From Arenicellales bacterium (GTDB lineage: Bacteria; Pseudomonadota; Gammaproteobacteria; Arenicellales; JAJDZL01), in assembly GCA_965214875.1 (NCBI GenBank), contig OZ243980.1, forward strand, positions 1,102,190-1,166,189: a stretch of DNA of 64,000 nt, in the 5' to 3' direction. The translations under genes and the position numbers were made by a program. The stretch's first letter is position 1. Each line of letters begins with the position of its first letter. The notes beneath the pieces are model-generated. The model saw only the letters and a program-made list of their open reading frames with translations, did no database searches and was not told the DNA's origin. Positions 1-9,960 of the stretch are shown here, in pieces.

Positions 1-1666
1 GGATTGCGGGCGGCATCCGCCCAGGCGGGCGCCTCCGGCAGCCGGATCGTCGCTTGGAAACGGGTTCGGAGACGCTAGGCGGCGCGCAGGCGCGCGCGGC
101 GGGCGAGCCGCTTGCGCTCCTGGTCCCGCAGCAGCCGCCCGAGCCGCTCGGGGTTCGCCGCCAGCGCCGACAGCGCCGCCGCCCGCTCGAAGCCGCGCTC
201 GCCATGGGCGCGCGCCCGCCCGAGCCCGCAATGCTCCAGATGATTGATGGCCGACTCGACCGCCGGATGCTGCCGGCGCGCCGCCTGGAACCATTCCTGG
301 CCCTCGCGCGCCGCAGCCTCGGCATTCGGCCGGCCCTTGGCCGGCAGCGCGCACTCGTCGAGCCGCGCGCCGAGCTCGGCCTGATTCGCCGGCGAGTGGA
401 AGCCGCGGTCGAAGCTGCAGGCCCGAAGGTCGGCGAACCGCTCCATCGCCCCCTCGACCAGCGCCGCCGCATGGCCGGCGTCGCCGCCCTGCCACATGAT
501 CCGGCGGTGCAGGATGAACCGGCGCTGGTCCTCGACCACGGCGACCGGCACGCCCAGCTCCTGGCGCACGCCGGCCTTGCCCTCGGCCACCCAGCGGGTG
601 TGCGGCTCGAAGATCGAGAACGCCTTCTCGCCGTGCGCGATGGTCTCGCCCCCGAGCAGCCGGCGCCTAGCCTGCTCGAGCTGGCGGCGCGCATGGCCAA
701 GATAGCCCTCGAGCTCGCATGCCAGCGCGTGCTCGCAGGCCGTCAGCGGCAGCTCGGCGGCCTGCGCCAGCGTCGCCTCGGCGCGCCCGGCCAGGCGGGC
801 GCTCAGCGACAAATGCCGCTCGACCCGCCCAGGATGCTTGCGGCTGCGCCTCGACACGCGCACCCGGTCGAACCGCTTCTTGACCTGCCGCGATAGATGC
901 TCATGCTGTCGCCAGCCGCCGAGCCCGGCGCTGTCCGCCAGCCTGGCCGCGGTGCGCACCGCGCAGCGCAGCGCGTCCCGCAGCAGGTCCGCATCGGTCG
1001 GATAGTGCGCGTCGGTCTCCACGCAGAACGAACCGGCCCGCCCGCGCAACGGCTCGCCAGGCTTTTTTCCGGCCGCCTCGCGGCCCGACCCGGCCACCAG
1101 CCGCCCGATCCCGGACAGCAGCTTCGGACCCGAAAGCGAGACGTTGTCGACCGCCGCCTGCTGCTCGCAGGCCTGCCCGAGCGCCGGCGAATGCCCCGGC
1201 ATCCGGCGCACCAGCCCGTCATGATTGGCCATGTGCGCCAGCCGGTCGAAGTCGCAGCCGAGCCCCTGCTCGGGCACGCCAGCGCCAGAATGCGCCAAAG
1301 GTCCATGCCCGGCCGGCGTCCTTGCGCGCCGCCGGCGCGACCTCGGCCTCGAGCAGCTCGAACACCCGCCGGCGCAAGGCCTTGCTTGCGCAAAGATGCC
1401 GCAGGCCGAGCAGGATGGCCGGGATGTCGTCGCGCGACTTGGCGCCGGTGTGGATGTTCTCGATCGGCACGGCGCCGATCTCGAGCTGGGCGGAGTGGGC
1501 CAAGCGCATCGCTTTTTCCTCGAAGATTGCGGCGAAACGGGGCGTTTCGCCCCATTTCGGCGGGAAATCCGCGCTTCCGCCGAATTCTTCGCCGCCGCCG
1601 CTCGCCGCTAAGCAATTGTTTTCAATCAGCAACGATATCACATTTTGGTTTTCTGGCAAGCACTAG
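1..1666 (-). mobile_element. Decayed ISNCY/IS5-like insertion sequence; far end probably outside the window
   Basis: Very GC-rich block containing a split DDE transposase. A terminal-repeat-like end reads ctagtgcttgccagaaaacc on the minus strand from 1666. Confidence 0.75.
75..1509 (-). pseudogene. ISNCY-family transposase, frameshifted
   Basis: Pieces lie in different frames: MRLAHSAQLEIG..KSRDDIPAILLGL, GRRPGMDLWRIL, then ETDAHYPTD, EKAFSIFEPHTRW, SFDRGFHSP, RRQHPAVESAINHLEHCGL. Confidence 0.8.
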
Positions 1667-1690
1667 CTAGTGTCTGCCAGAAAACAAAAA
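1643..1690. repeat. Abutting inverted repeat (two IS-end-like arms) centred on CTAG|CTAG
   Basis: ttttggttttctggcaagcactag is followed directly by ctagtgtctgccagaaaacaaaaa, a near-perfect reverse complement. Confidence 0.8.
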
Positions 1691-2125
1691 CTATTTTATT
1701 ATTCAATGCCGTTGCGGTCCCAGCGTTGTTGCCAGCTTGCGCTGATATTGTTCGCGAATCGAAAGGATGCTCTTGATAGATATCGCAGACAACGCGGAGC
1801 AAGGCATCGGCGCTTCTCGTCGACAGCACGCCAGGTTGCATGAAAGGCGGCGAAGGGGGCATTCGGGCGGATTAGGCGAGCTGTTCAAGGGCAGGTCGGA
1901 AAATGCCGCTGCTTCCACTGCTTGGCACGATGTCCGTGCATGCCTGAAAGCCTGGCGAAGCCTGAGCGATTGGATTCGTTCGGTTGAGTGTCGGACTGCG
2001 GTTCCAACGTGGCAATTTCCAATCTGCAAGCCGGCCCGATCGTGTAGAATAAGTGTTGCGAAAGTGCGCGGATTGCGGTAATCCGTGTGCGGAAGAGAAT
2101 GCAGAAAACAAAGGAGACGTTTCTA

Positions 2126-2737
2126 ATGGCATCGAGTCTGGCGGCGCATGCCTACGACACGCTTTCGATTGCGAGGAGCCTTGAGCGGGACTACGCGTTC
2201 GGCGAGAAGCAGGCCGAGGGGATAGCGCGGACCATCCACGAGCATCTGGTCGCCAATGTCGCGACCAAGGATGATCTTGAGAATCTTCGCGTCGAGCTGA
2301 TCGGCAGGATTGTCGAGCTGGACGGCAAGATAGACGAGGTTCGCGTCGAGCTGATCGGCAGGATTGTCGAGCTGGACGGCAAGATAGACGAGGTTCGCGT
2401 CGAGCTGATCGGCAGGATTGACAATCTAGACGGCAAGATAGACGAGGTTCGTGTCGAGCTGATCGGCAGGATTGTCGAGCTGGACGGCAAGATAGATGAG
2501 GTTCGCGTCGAGCTGATCGGCAGGATTGTCGAGCTGGACGGCAAGATAGGCGCGGTTCGCAGCGAGTTGGATGGCAGGCTTGTCCAAGTTCACCGCGAGA
2601 TTGTTGCGTTAAATGGCAGGGTGGATCGTCTAGAAGACAGAATTGACAATCTCGGTAAAGCTTTGACTTTTCGAATGGGTGCGATGATCGCAACGGGGAT
2701 AGGTTTGCTGGCGGCATTGCAAGCTGTCATCGGGTGA
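2126..2737 (+). CDS. CCDC90/DUF1640-like coiled-coil protein with C-terminal membrane anchor
   Basis: RBS aaggag at 2111 and ATG at 2126. N-terminal YDTL..ARSL...FGEKQAEGI...VATKDDL motif, heptad-like repeats, hydrophobic C-terminus. Confidence 0.8.
   Translation: MASSLAAHAYDTLSIARSLERDYAFGEKQAEGIARTIHEHLVANVATKDDLENLRVELIGRIVELDGKIDEVRVELIGRIVELDGKIDEVRVELIGRIDNLDGKIDEVRVELIGRIVELDGKIDEVRVELIGRIVELDGKIGAVRSELDGRLVQVHREIVALNGRVDRLEDRIDNLGKALTFRMGAMIATGIGLLAALQAVIG
2288..2557 (+). repeat. Five tandem 54-bp in-frame repeats (RVELIGRIVELDGKIDEV)
   Basis: Unit cgcgtcgagctgatcggcaggattgtcgagctggacggcaagatagacgaggtt starts at 2288, 2342, 2396, 2450 and 2504 with few variants. Confidence 0.95.
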
Positions 2738-3161
2738 ATCCGGTATCGTTCAGCTGGACATGCTTATGCATCAAACTTTGCAGTGCTGCCGCTAAGTTGC
2801 CGTCTCATTGAAGTTTGACGTAAGGGGCGTTTCGTGTGCAAAGCGGGTGCTGTAGCAGTGTTGTCACGAAACCATTCCCCTCTTCCCATTAATGCGGGAC
2901 CAACGAAGGTGGCCTTGTCATCCGAGTAGGCGATGGAGACAAGCCGATACCGCATATCCGCCTTCTTGGCATCATCTTTCTGAGTCTTGCCAATCTTTGT
3001 GTATTTGGCGCAGTTGTGCCAATTGGAAGTTCGGCTCAACTTTCGGGGTGATGCAATCCGTCTGTCGAATCGCCGAAGTTCAATCAAGCATCCGAACTTT
3101 TCTTTACCGATGCTAAGGCTGTCTCGATTGAATTTCGGCGCAGCGCAGTAGATTTGCACCC

Positions 3162-4376
3162 ATGCATGAGCATTACGAAATTATCAAACATGTCGACCGT
3201 CTTATCAGCGATACTGGAGAATACTCGCCTTTGCGTTTGCTGGTCACCTCTGGATGGGTTGTCTTGGAAGGATGGCAACTTTGGAATGCCGGCGATATCG
3301 AAACTCTCGATTCATACTTCACGCTCGATGCCTCAACATTGTGCCAACATCTTGATTTTGCTCAGAAACACGTAAACCAATTGAATTTTTTTGCTATCAA
3401 TCAGGATCGCGGCAGCCAAGATCAAAATTCTGCAGCCGATAAACCCGCTTCCTGCAACCGTGCCATAAACGAGCTGTTGCTTTCGCGTTTTCAACGCGAG
3501 AAAAATGCAAGACAACTTGATCTTTTCATCGACAACAGCGTTCAGCGTTCCTTGCATTGGAAGTTGGTCGAATGCCTGATTGAAGGCGAAGCCGATTCAG
3601 CGCGGGCCGTACTAGCCAAGCTCGCCGAGGTGGATATGAAATTCTCGCATCGCCATGAAGCGGAGAGTTTGATTTTGGCGGTGGAAGCGTCGCCGCCGCA
3701 AGGTAAAGACCACGCCTTAGAAAATCTACGGCAAATGGAGCGGCAATGGGAGCCGAGCGCAAAAGTTTTAATGACCTTGCAGACTGACCGGCTCGACCGG
3801 TTTATTCGGCCATTGTGGCGCGAAATCGCGACAGCTCTCGAAAATGAACCGTTCGACCCCTCTGATCCGAGTAGCCATGCGTCAAGAGCCTATTTTGAAT
3901 GCCGTGAATGGGAAAAAGTAGAATCATCAGTACTATCCGTGCCGGATTATCGAAAACATTGGGACCTTCTGACACGAATGGGCACTGCGAAGTGGATGCT
4001 TGGCAAGCACATCGATGCGCGCAAGTCATGGACTGAAATCTGCTTTTGTGCCCCGGAACACTTCCCCAAAGTGGTTGGTTCACCCGATTTTCTGGATAAG
4101 GCATTGCAAAGCGTGTGGTTCAATACCCAACTGGCCGACGTGGAAAATGTAATCACCCCGCAATGGTTTCCCGCATGTCTGCTCATTGCAAATCCGTCAA
4201 TGTCGACAGTTTTTGAGCGACGTGACGATTGCGACGACCCATCTCGAGCATTCAACATGATCAAGGATCTGTTGCATCTCCCAAAAGGATCCGATCAGTC
4301 GATCGGACTTCGCAGGCGGGTTCAAGCGATGCACGAAGGCTTGCTCCAATACTACATGCAAAAGCAGTCAACCTGA
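3162..4376 (+). CDS. Hypothetical protein (largely helical, possibly TPR-like)
   Basis: 404-aa ORF with protein-like composition; no motif recognised. Confidence 0.7.
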   Translation: MHEHYEIIKHVDRLISDTGEYSPLRLLVTSGWVVLEGWQLWNAGDIETLDSYFTLDASTLCQHLDFAQKHVNQLNFFAINQDRGSQDQNSAADKPASCNRAINELLLSRFQREKNARQLDLFIDNSVQRSLHWKLVECLIEGEADSARAVLAKLAEVDMKFSHRHEAESLILAVEASPPQGKDHALENLRQMERQWEPSAKVLMTLQTDRLDRFIRPLWREIATALENEPFDPSDPSSHASRAYFECREWEKVESSVLSVPDYRKHWDLLTRMGTAKWMLGKHIDARKSWTEICFCAPEHFPKVVGSPDFLDKALQSVWFNTQLADVENVITPQWFPACLLIANPSMSTVFERRDDCDDPSRAFNMIKDLLHLPKGSDQSIGLRRRVQAMHEGLLQYYMQKQST

Positions 4377-4539
4377 CAGCGTTGACAGATATGAGAGTGT
4401 CGCCTGTTCTCGATAATGAGCGCACCGTTTGGTGCAAGTCTGCCAATCCTGCCAGTCGGGCAATACACGTATAATTTTTCCCACATACGCCGCCGCATGA
4501 GCTGTAATTCCGACTTTCGCATGTCTGCCGCATATCGCC

Positions 4540-7500
4540 ATGGAACGAAAAAGCCTGCTTGAAATCTTCGCGACGCATCCTGTCGCAATGAACGTGTTGA
4601 TGTTGGTCGTTCTCGCCTTGGGAATCGGTGCCTTTCAGCGCATCAACTTCCAGTTCTTCCCATCCTTCACTGTGCCGGCAATCTCGGTAGACACGACATG
4701 GCAAAGCGCATCCGCTGAAGACGTCGAGCGGTCGATAACAAATCGATTGGAGCTCGATTTGAAAAACATGGACAATCTCAAGCAGATTACATCCACATCC
4801 AGAAGCGCACGGTCGCGAATCGTTCTCGAGTTCGAAGATGGTGCGAATATCAGTGACGCGCTTGATGATGCGAAGCAAATTGTGACGCTTGCCGCCAGCT
4901 CGCTGCCGGAAGAGGCGGAATTGCCCGAAGTGGTTCTGATTGAGCAATACGAAGTCGTAGCCAAAGTGATCGTTACCGCTTCGCATCCCGATCAGTTGCG
5001 GGGTTTGGTGAACGACTACCGCGACGAGCTGCTGGCGGCTGGAATTGGAAAAGTGGATATTTCCGGTCTGCCCGAAGAGGAGATATCCATACAGATTCCA
5101 AGCGAGCGACTGCGTGAAATTCAAATGAATCTAAATCAGGTAGGGCAGCGCATTCGAGCTTCATCTATCGATGCCCCGGTGGGCCTGCTGGGCCGCAACG
5201 ATGCCGCGCGTCAGCTGCGATTCATCGAGCAGCGGCGTAGTGAACGTGAATTTGAGAATATTACTGTTTTAGCCGATGATGATGGCAGTCTGGTAAAGCT
5301 TGGCGATATTGCTGAGATCCAGCGACGTGCCAAGTCCGATCAGGTGACCGTGGCGTTTCAAGGCAAGCCGGCAGCCATACTGACGCTGAAACGATTGCAA
5401 TCAGCCAACACGCTTGAAAACGCGGACATTCTATATGCCTGGTTCGACAGCAAAAAGCCGACGCTGCCTCCTAGCGTCGATATCTTCATTCACGACGACC
5501 GATCGGTTTCGCTTAGGGGGCGTCTTTCGGTGCTTGTGAAAAACGGGCTTGTAGGCTTGCTGCTTGTACTCACAGTCTTGTTCGTCTTTCTCAATTTCCG
5601 TTTGGCATTCTGGGTCGCAGCAGGAATTCCAGTGTCTATTTTTGGCGCATTAGGCTTGCTCTATATGGTTGGCGGTTCATTGAACATGGTTACCATGTTC
5701 GCCTTGATCATGACTCTCGGCATCATTGTCGATGATGCGATTGTGGTGGGTGAAGACGCCTTGCACCGGTTCAATCATGGCGACTTGGCCGCGCAAGCCG
5801 TGCAGCGCGCGGCGCGAATGATGTTTCTGCCGATTCTCGCCGCATCGGCAACAACGATTTTCGCATTCTTGCCGGTTACCATTGTTCCAGGGCCAATTGG
5901 ACAAATAATGGCCTCTTTGGGCATCGTAGTGGTCTGCGTTGTCGCGATTTCACTGGTTGAAGCGTTTCTGATTCTCCCCGGTCACCTGAATCATTCGTTC
6001 AAGAAGCTGCGCGGCAAGGCTCCATCCAGATTCTCTCAAGCGGTGGACCGGAGCTTCTCGCGGTTTCGAGATGGGCCGTTCCGAAGTCTGGTCAGCCTTT
6101 GCATCCACAGGCCGGTGCTGGCGATTTCGGTTTGCTTGGCAATCGTGATCCTCACCGTGGGATTGGTCGCTTCCGGGCGGCTGGGATATACGTTTTTCCC
6201 AACGCCCGAACTTGATAGGATTTTTGCCAATGCGAGCTTTGTTGCAGGTACGCCAAGCGACAAGATTGACGACTATCTGGCGCAGGTTGAAAAAGCGCTG
6301 CTTGAAACGGAATCGGAATTGGGTGACGGACTCATTTCCTCGCACTACGTTCAGCACGGCGTAGTCGTTCAGGTGGATGATACCGATGCGCTTGGCAGTC
6401 AGCACGGCTCAGTCGTAGTCGAGCTGGTTCCTTCTGACTCCAGAGACGTTCGCACGGCGCAGTTCATGCGCACCTGGGAGCAAAAACTTGAGGATGCGCC
6501 GGGCTTGGAGAATCTGATCTTGTTCTTGCCAAGTGCTGGGCCAGCTGGGGCCGATATTGAAATCAACCTGATTGGTGACGACCGGCATCGCGTCAAGCGA
6601 GCCGCAGAAGAATTGACACAATACCTGAAAACGCTAGCTGGAGTCTATGGCGTAAAGGATGATACCAGCTACGGCTATCAGCAGCGCGTGATGACGCTGA
6701 CACCTAGAGGCGAATCGCTAGGATTGAACACTAAGGAAATTTCCCGCCAGCTTAGTCCGGCAATCGAGGGGCAAACGCTTCAATCCTTTACTTCTAGGTC
6801 TGAGGAGATCGACGTTGTGCCTAAATTGCCGGACTCAGAGACCAATTTTCTTGGCAATATGGAGAATATCTGGATTCAGCTTCCCTCCGGTCAGTCGATA
6901 CCGTTGCTGGATGTGGTCAGATTCGATCAACAGCGCGGGTTCGATGTGCTTTTGCGCAAGGACGGCCGGTTTACGATCGCCGTTACAGGCGATGTAGATC
7001 CAACAAGAAATAATGTGCGCGAGGTACTATCCGAACTGGAGAGCAACATTGTGCCGAATCTTGTGAAGAAGCATGGTGTTGACTGGACCTACGGCAGATC
7101 AACAAGAGATCAGACCGCAGTCGAAGAATCGATGAAGTTTGGCGGGGCAATCGCGCTGCTATTGATCTACCTGACGCTAACCTGGGCATTTGGATCCTAT
7201 GTCTGGCCAATTTTCGTCATGGCGGCGATACCGTTTGGAATTGTCGGTGCGATGTGGGGACACTATGCGCTTGGGTTTCAGCTCTCAATTGTTTCCATAT
7301 TCGGAATCATTGGACTGTCAGGGATTGTAGTGAATAATTCTATCGTGCTGGTCATTCGATACAAGCAGAACATGGAGCAGGCGATGATGGATTCCAAGTC
7401 GGCAATGATTGAGGCTTCGTGCCGACGGTTCAGACCGGTTTTGCTGGCCTCGATCACAACGATTGCCGGGCTTTTGCCCCTCTTGTTTGAAGATTCGACT

Positions 7501-7689
7501 CAGGCGGAATTTCTGAAACCGATGGTGGCTGCGATTTCGTTCGGGCTTGGATTTTCAACGGTTCTCGTGCTGTTCTTTGTTCCTGCACTTTTGTCATCCT
7601 TTGAAACGCTAAGGATGCGCATGAAACGCAAAATCCCATCAACTGATCAGTACTCTGGTCCTGATGATGCTCTGCCCTCTGCGCAGTAG
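4540..7689 (+). CDS. RND efflux transporter permease (AcrB/AcrD/AcrF family)
   Basis: 1049 aa. Motifs GIIVDDAIVVGE, GIVVNNSIVLV and RRFRPVLLASITT; two periplasmic loops with transmembrane bundles. Confidence 0.95.
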   Translation: MERKSLLEIFATHPVAMNVLMLVVLALGIGAFQRINFQFFPSFTVPAISVDTTWQSASAEDVERSITNRLELDLKNMDNLKQITSTSRSARSRIVLEFEDGANISDALDDAKQIVTLAASSLPEEAELPEVVLIEQYEVVAKVIVTASHPDQLRGLVNDYRDELLAAGIGKVDISGLPEEEISIQIPSERLREIQMNLNQVGQRIRASSIDAPVGLLGRNDAARQLRFIEQRRSEREFENITVLADDDGSLVKLGDIAEIQRRAKSDQVTVAFQGKPAAILTLKRLQSANTLENADILYAWFDSKKPTLPPSVDIFIHDDRSVSLRGRLSVLVKNGLVGLLLVLTVLFVFLNFRLAFWVAAGIPVSIFGALGLLYMVGGSLNMVTMFALIMTLGIIVDDAIVVGEDALHRFNHGDLAAQAVQRAARMMFLPILAASATTIFAFLPVTIVPGPIGQIMASLGIVVVCVVAISLVEAFLILPGHLNHSFKKLRGKAPSRFSQAVDRSFSRFRDGPFRSLVSLCIHRPVLAISVCLAIVILTVGLVASGRLGYTFFPTPELDRIFANASFVAGTPSDKIDDYLAQVEKALLETESELGDGLISSHYVQHGVVVQVDDTDALGSQHGSVVVELVPSDSRDVRTAQFMRTWEQKLEDAPGLENLILFLPSAGPAGADIEINLIGDDRHRVKRAAEELTQYLKTLAGVYGVKDDTSYGYQQRVMTLTPRGESLGLNTKEISRQLSPAIEGQTLQSFTSRSEEIDVVPKLPDSETNFLGNMENIWIQLPSGQSIPLLDVVRFDQQRGFDVLLRKDGRFTIAVTGDVDPTRNNVREVLSELESNIVPNLVKKHGVDWTYGRSTRDQTAVEESMKFGGAIALLLIYLTLTWAFGSYVWPIFVMAAIPFGIVGAMWGHYALGFQLSIVSIFGIIGLSGIVVNNSIVLVIRYKQNMEQAMMDSKSAMIEASCRRFRPVLLASITTIAGLLPLLFEDSTQAEFLKPMVAAISFGLGFSTVLVLFFVPALLSSFETLRMRMKRKIPSTDQYSGPDDALPSAQ

Positions 7690-8184
7690 TGCGTCTCGCA
7701 AAACGGCTTCGACAAGCAAATACGTTTCCGACGCAATCTGTAGCGACATCTCAGCTTTGGCATAAGCCGATGGCCATTCAGTCAATCGGAAACTCAAGCC
7801 ACAGAGCTTTTCGGCATGATCTATAAAGCCTGCTTTTTGCTTGATGAGCGGATGCGCAGATCGCTTGCGACATTGATTTTCTTCCGGTTCAGCTACGGAT
7901 TATCCCGGCACGATGCGCTTTGATGACTAGCTTGGCGCTGTCGAAGTTTCAAAACACTCCGCGTATTTCGGAAAAATGGTGTAATGCCATGCAAATTGCC
8001 GACCAGGCTGAATTGCGTCGCTCGCTTTAGCGCGAAGCAAGCCGATTACTAGGTGGACGATTGATCGCAAATGCTATTTTGCCCGCGTTGTTCCGAAAGC
8101 GAAACAGGCGGCTGCATCAGACCGCTTCATTCGCATCGCGCGGCGTACAGTTGCAGAATCCGAAAACGAAGCAATTTTGTCGAT

Positions 8185-9842
8185 CCCAAAATCCGCGTTA
8201 GAGATTTTTTTGGGGCGGATTTTGCCGAAATCCGGGGCGCGGAGAGATTTTGGCGCTCGCCGCGGCGATGCCCGGGCGGGCTTGCGGGCGGGACGCGGCC
8301 GGAACGCGGCCGGAAAAGGGCGGAGGAGCGGAACCGGGGCGAAAGATCAATGACAGTCCGCAACGCGCCGGGACGCAGCCGATTTTTTTGTCGTGCGCGC
8401 GATGCTTTTTTTTTTGCGTTTCCGGCGGCTGCGGCGCCAGGGCCATCGCCCGGATCATGCCGATGGCGTCGCACAGCTTCAAGGCCCGGCCCCTGGCATG
8501 GCGCACGATCTTGCCCGCCCCGCAGCAGAGCCGGCGGCGAAAGGTCTCGATGCGCATCGACTCGCAGCTCGCATCCAGCACCTGGCGCATCAGCGCGAAC
8601 AGGTTGAACGCGAGCATGCGCAGCGCGGAATGCAGCGCGTTGGCAGCGAAGTCGCTGCACGGGGGATGCGCCGCGCCGAAGCCGCTGCGAAGCTCGCGGA
8701 TGCGGTTCTCCGAGTCTTCCCCTCTGCGGCTGCATCAGCGGACCGCCCGCGAGTCGCTCCGCCGGCAGAAGCTGGTCGCCAGCGCCCGGCATATGCAGCC
8801 GCCCTGCGACAGGGTGTCGCCGGCCTGCGGGCAGCCGGGCTCGAGCTCCTGCCGGCCGGACTTTCGCCTCCGCCGCACGACCGCCGCGGACGACGCTTCG
8901 GGCGTGCCGTTCATCGAGTGCAGGAACCGCGCCGTCTGCTGCGCCAGGCTCGCCGCCCCGTCGCGCTCGATGAAGGGCTGCTGCCGCGACTCGTCCAGCG
9001 CCCCGGTCTGCCCGGCCACGCTCGCGTCGAACCTGGCGCGGATCGCGTAGCCGATTCCCCGGCTCGTGAAGTGGTTGATGATCCTCGCCTGATACCCCGC
9101 CGCGTCGATGCGGGCGCGACGCGCCTCGGCGCCTTTGGGCAGCGCCCGCTCGCACTGGCGGACGAACTCGCAGTTGCGCGCGTTCGGCGAGACCGGGCCG
9201 CCCCTGAACTCCGCACCCGCCGCCATGCCGGTCTCGGCGATGTGGCCGACGATCGGCATGCAGCCCCGCTCCTTCTTGCATGCGGACTCCGCCGAAGACT
9301 TCTCGCAGCGCCGCGGTCGCGTCGATGTCCAGGGCCGCCCTTTTGCGATGGTGCAGCGCGACCGCCAGCAGCCGGCGGTCCGCCAGCTGCAGGGCATGCA
9401 GCGTGCGGCGCTGCGCTCCGCAGCGCCGCAGCCACCGGCCCAAGGCATCGTCGCCCGGCAGCCGGCGGATGCCGAGCAGCTCCAGCAGCGGCCGCTCCTC
9501 GCGCAGCTGCGCCACCGCGCCCGGATGCCGCGAGCCCTCGTGCATCATCAGCATGAACGTCGTCAAATACGCCCCCGGGCGCAAGCCGCGGTTGCTGCCC
9601 GGCTCCGGCACCGGCCGCTCGAAATGGAAGTCGAGCCCCAGCTTGCGGATCAGCTCGGCCAGCGCCGCCAGGCCGCTTCGCGAAGCCGATTTGTCTTTCG
9701 TGGTCGAAATCTTGCAGGATCGGATGTCCATAAAGCCTTGCTCCGATCGGGTCCGCCCAACGGGTGAAATTTTGTGTTGTTAAAAACCCGCATTATGCAA
9801 GGCTTTATCCCCTTTTGCAGCCACCCTAACGCGATTTTAAGG
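8185..9842 (-). mobile_element. IS1380-family element with imperfect TIRs and 5-bp target duplication TCGAT
   Basis: Ends cccaaaatccgcgttag (8185) and ctaacgcgattttaagg (to 9842) are inverted repeats. tcgat lies at 8180-8184 and again at 9843-9847. Confidence 0.9.
8410..9731 (-). pseudogene. IS1380-family transposase, multiply frameshifted; 3' end approximate
   Basis: EPGSNRG, LDIDAT, MPIVGHIAETG..EFRGG, ARIDAAGYQ, ENRIRELRSGFG and LAFNLF..GKIVRHAR are spread over several frames. Confidence 0.85.
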
Positions 9843-9960
9843 TCGATCTTGGATATGAAAATGATCGCCGTATCTGGTAAAATATCCGCTGGTTCATCTC
9901 TTCTTACCTTCGTGTCTTTTTGAAGGCGCCTCTTGACTATCTTCCATCTCCGATTTCTTA

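Noticed and set aside
54-1670. Long overlapping ORFs in several frames (also 8071-9783)
   Set aside because: Shadow ORFs caused by extreme GC content and scarce stop codons in IS remnants.
2288-2557. Possible CRISPR array
   Set aside because: Repeats are contiguous, have no spacers and are in frame within a gene.
2764-3159. 131-aa minus-strand ORF
   Set aside because: No recognisable motif and it lies in the upstream region of a longer gene.
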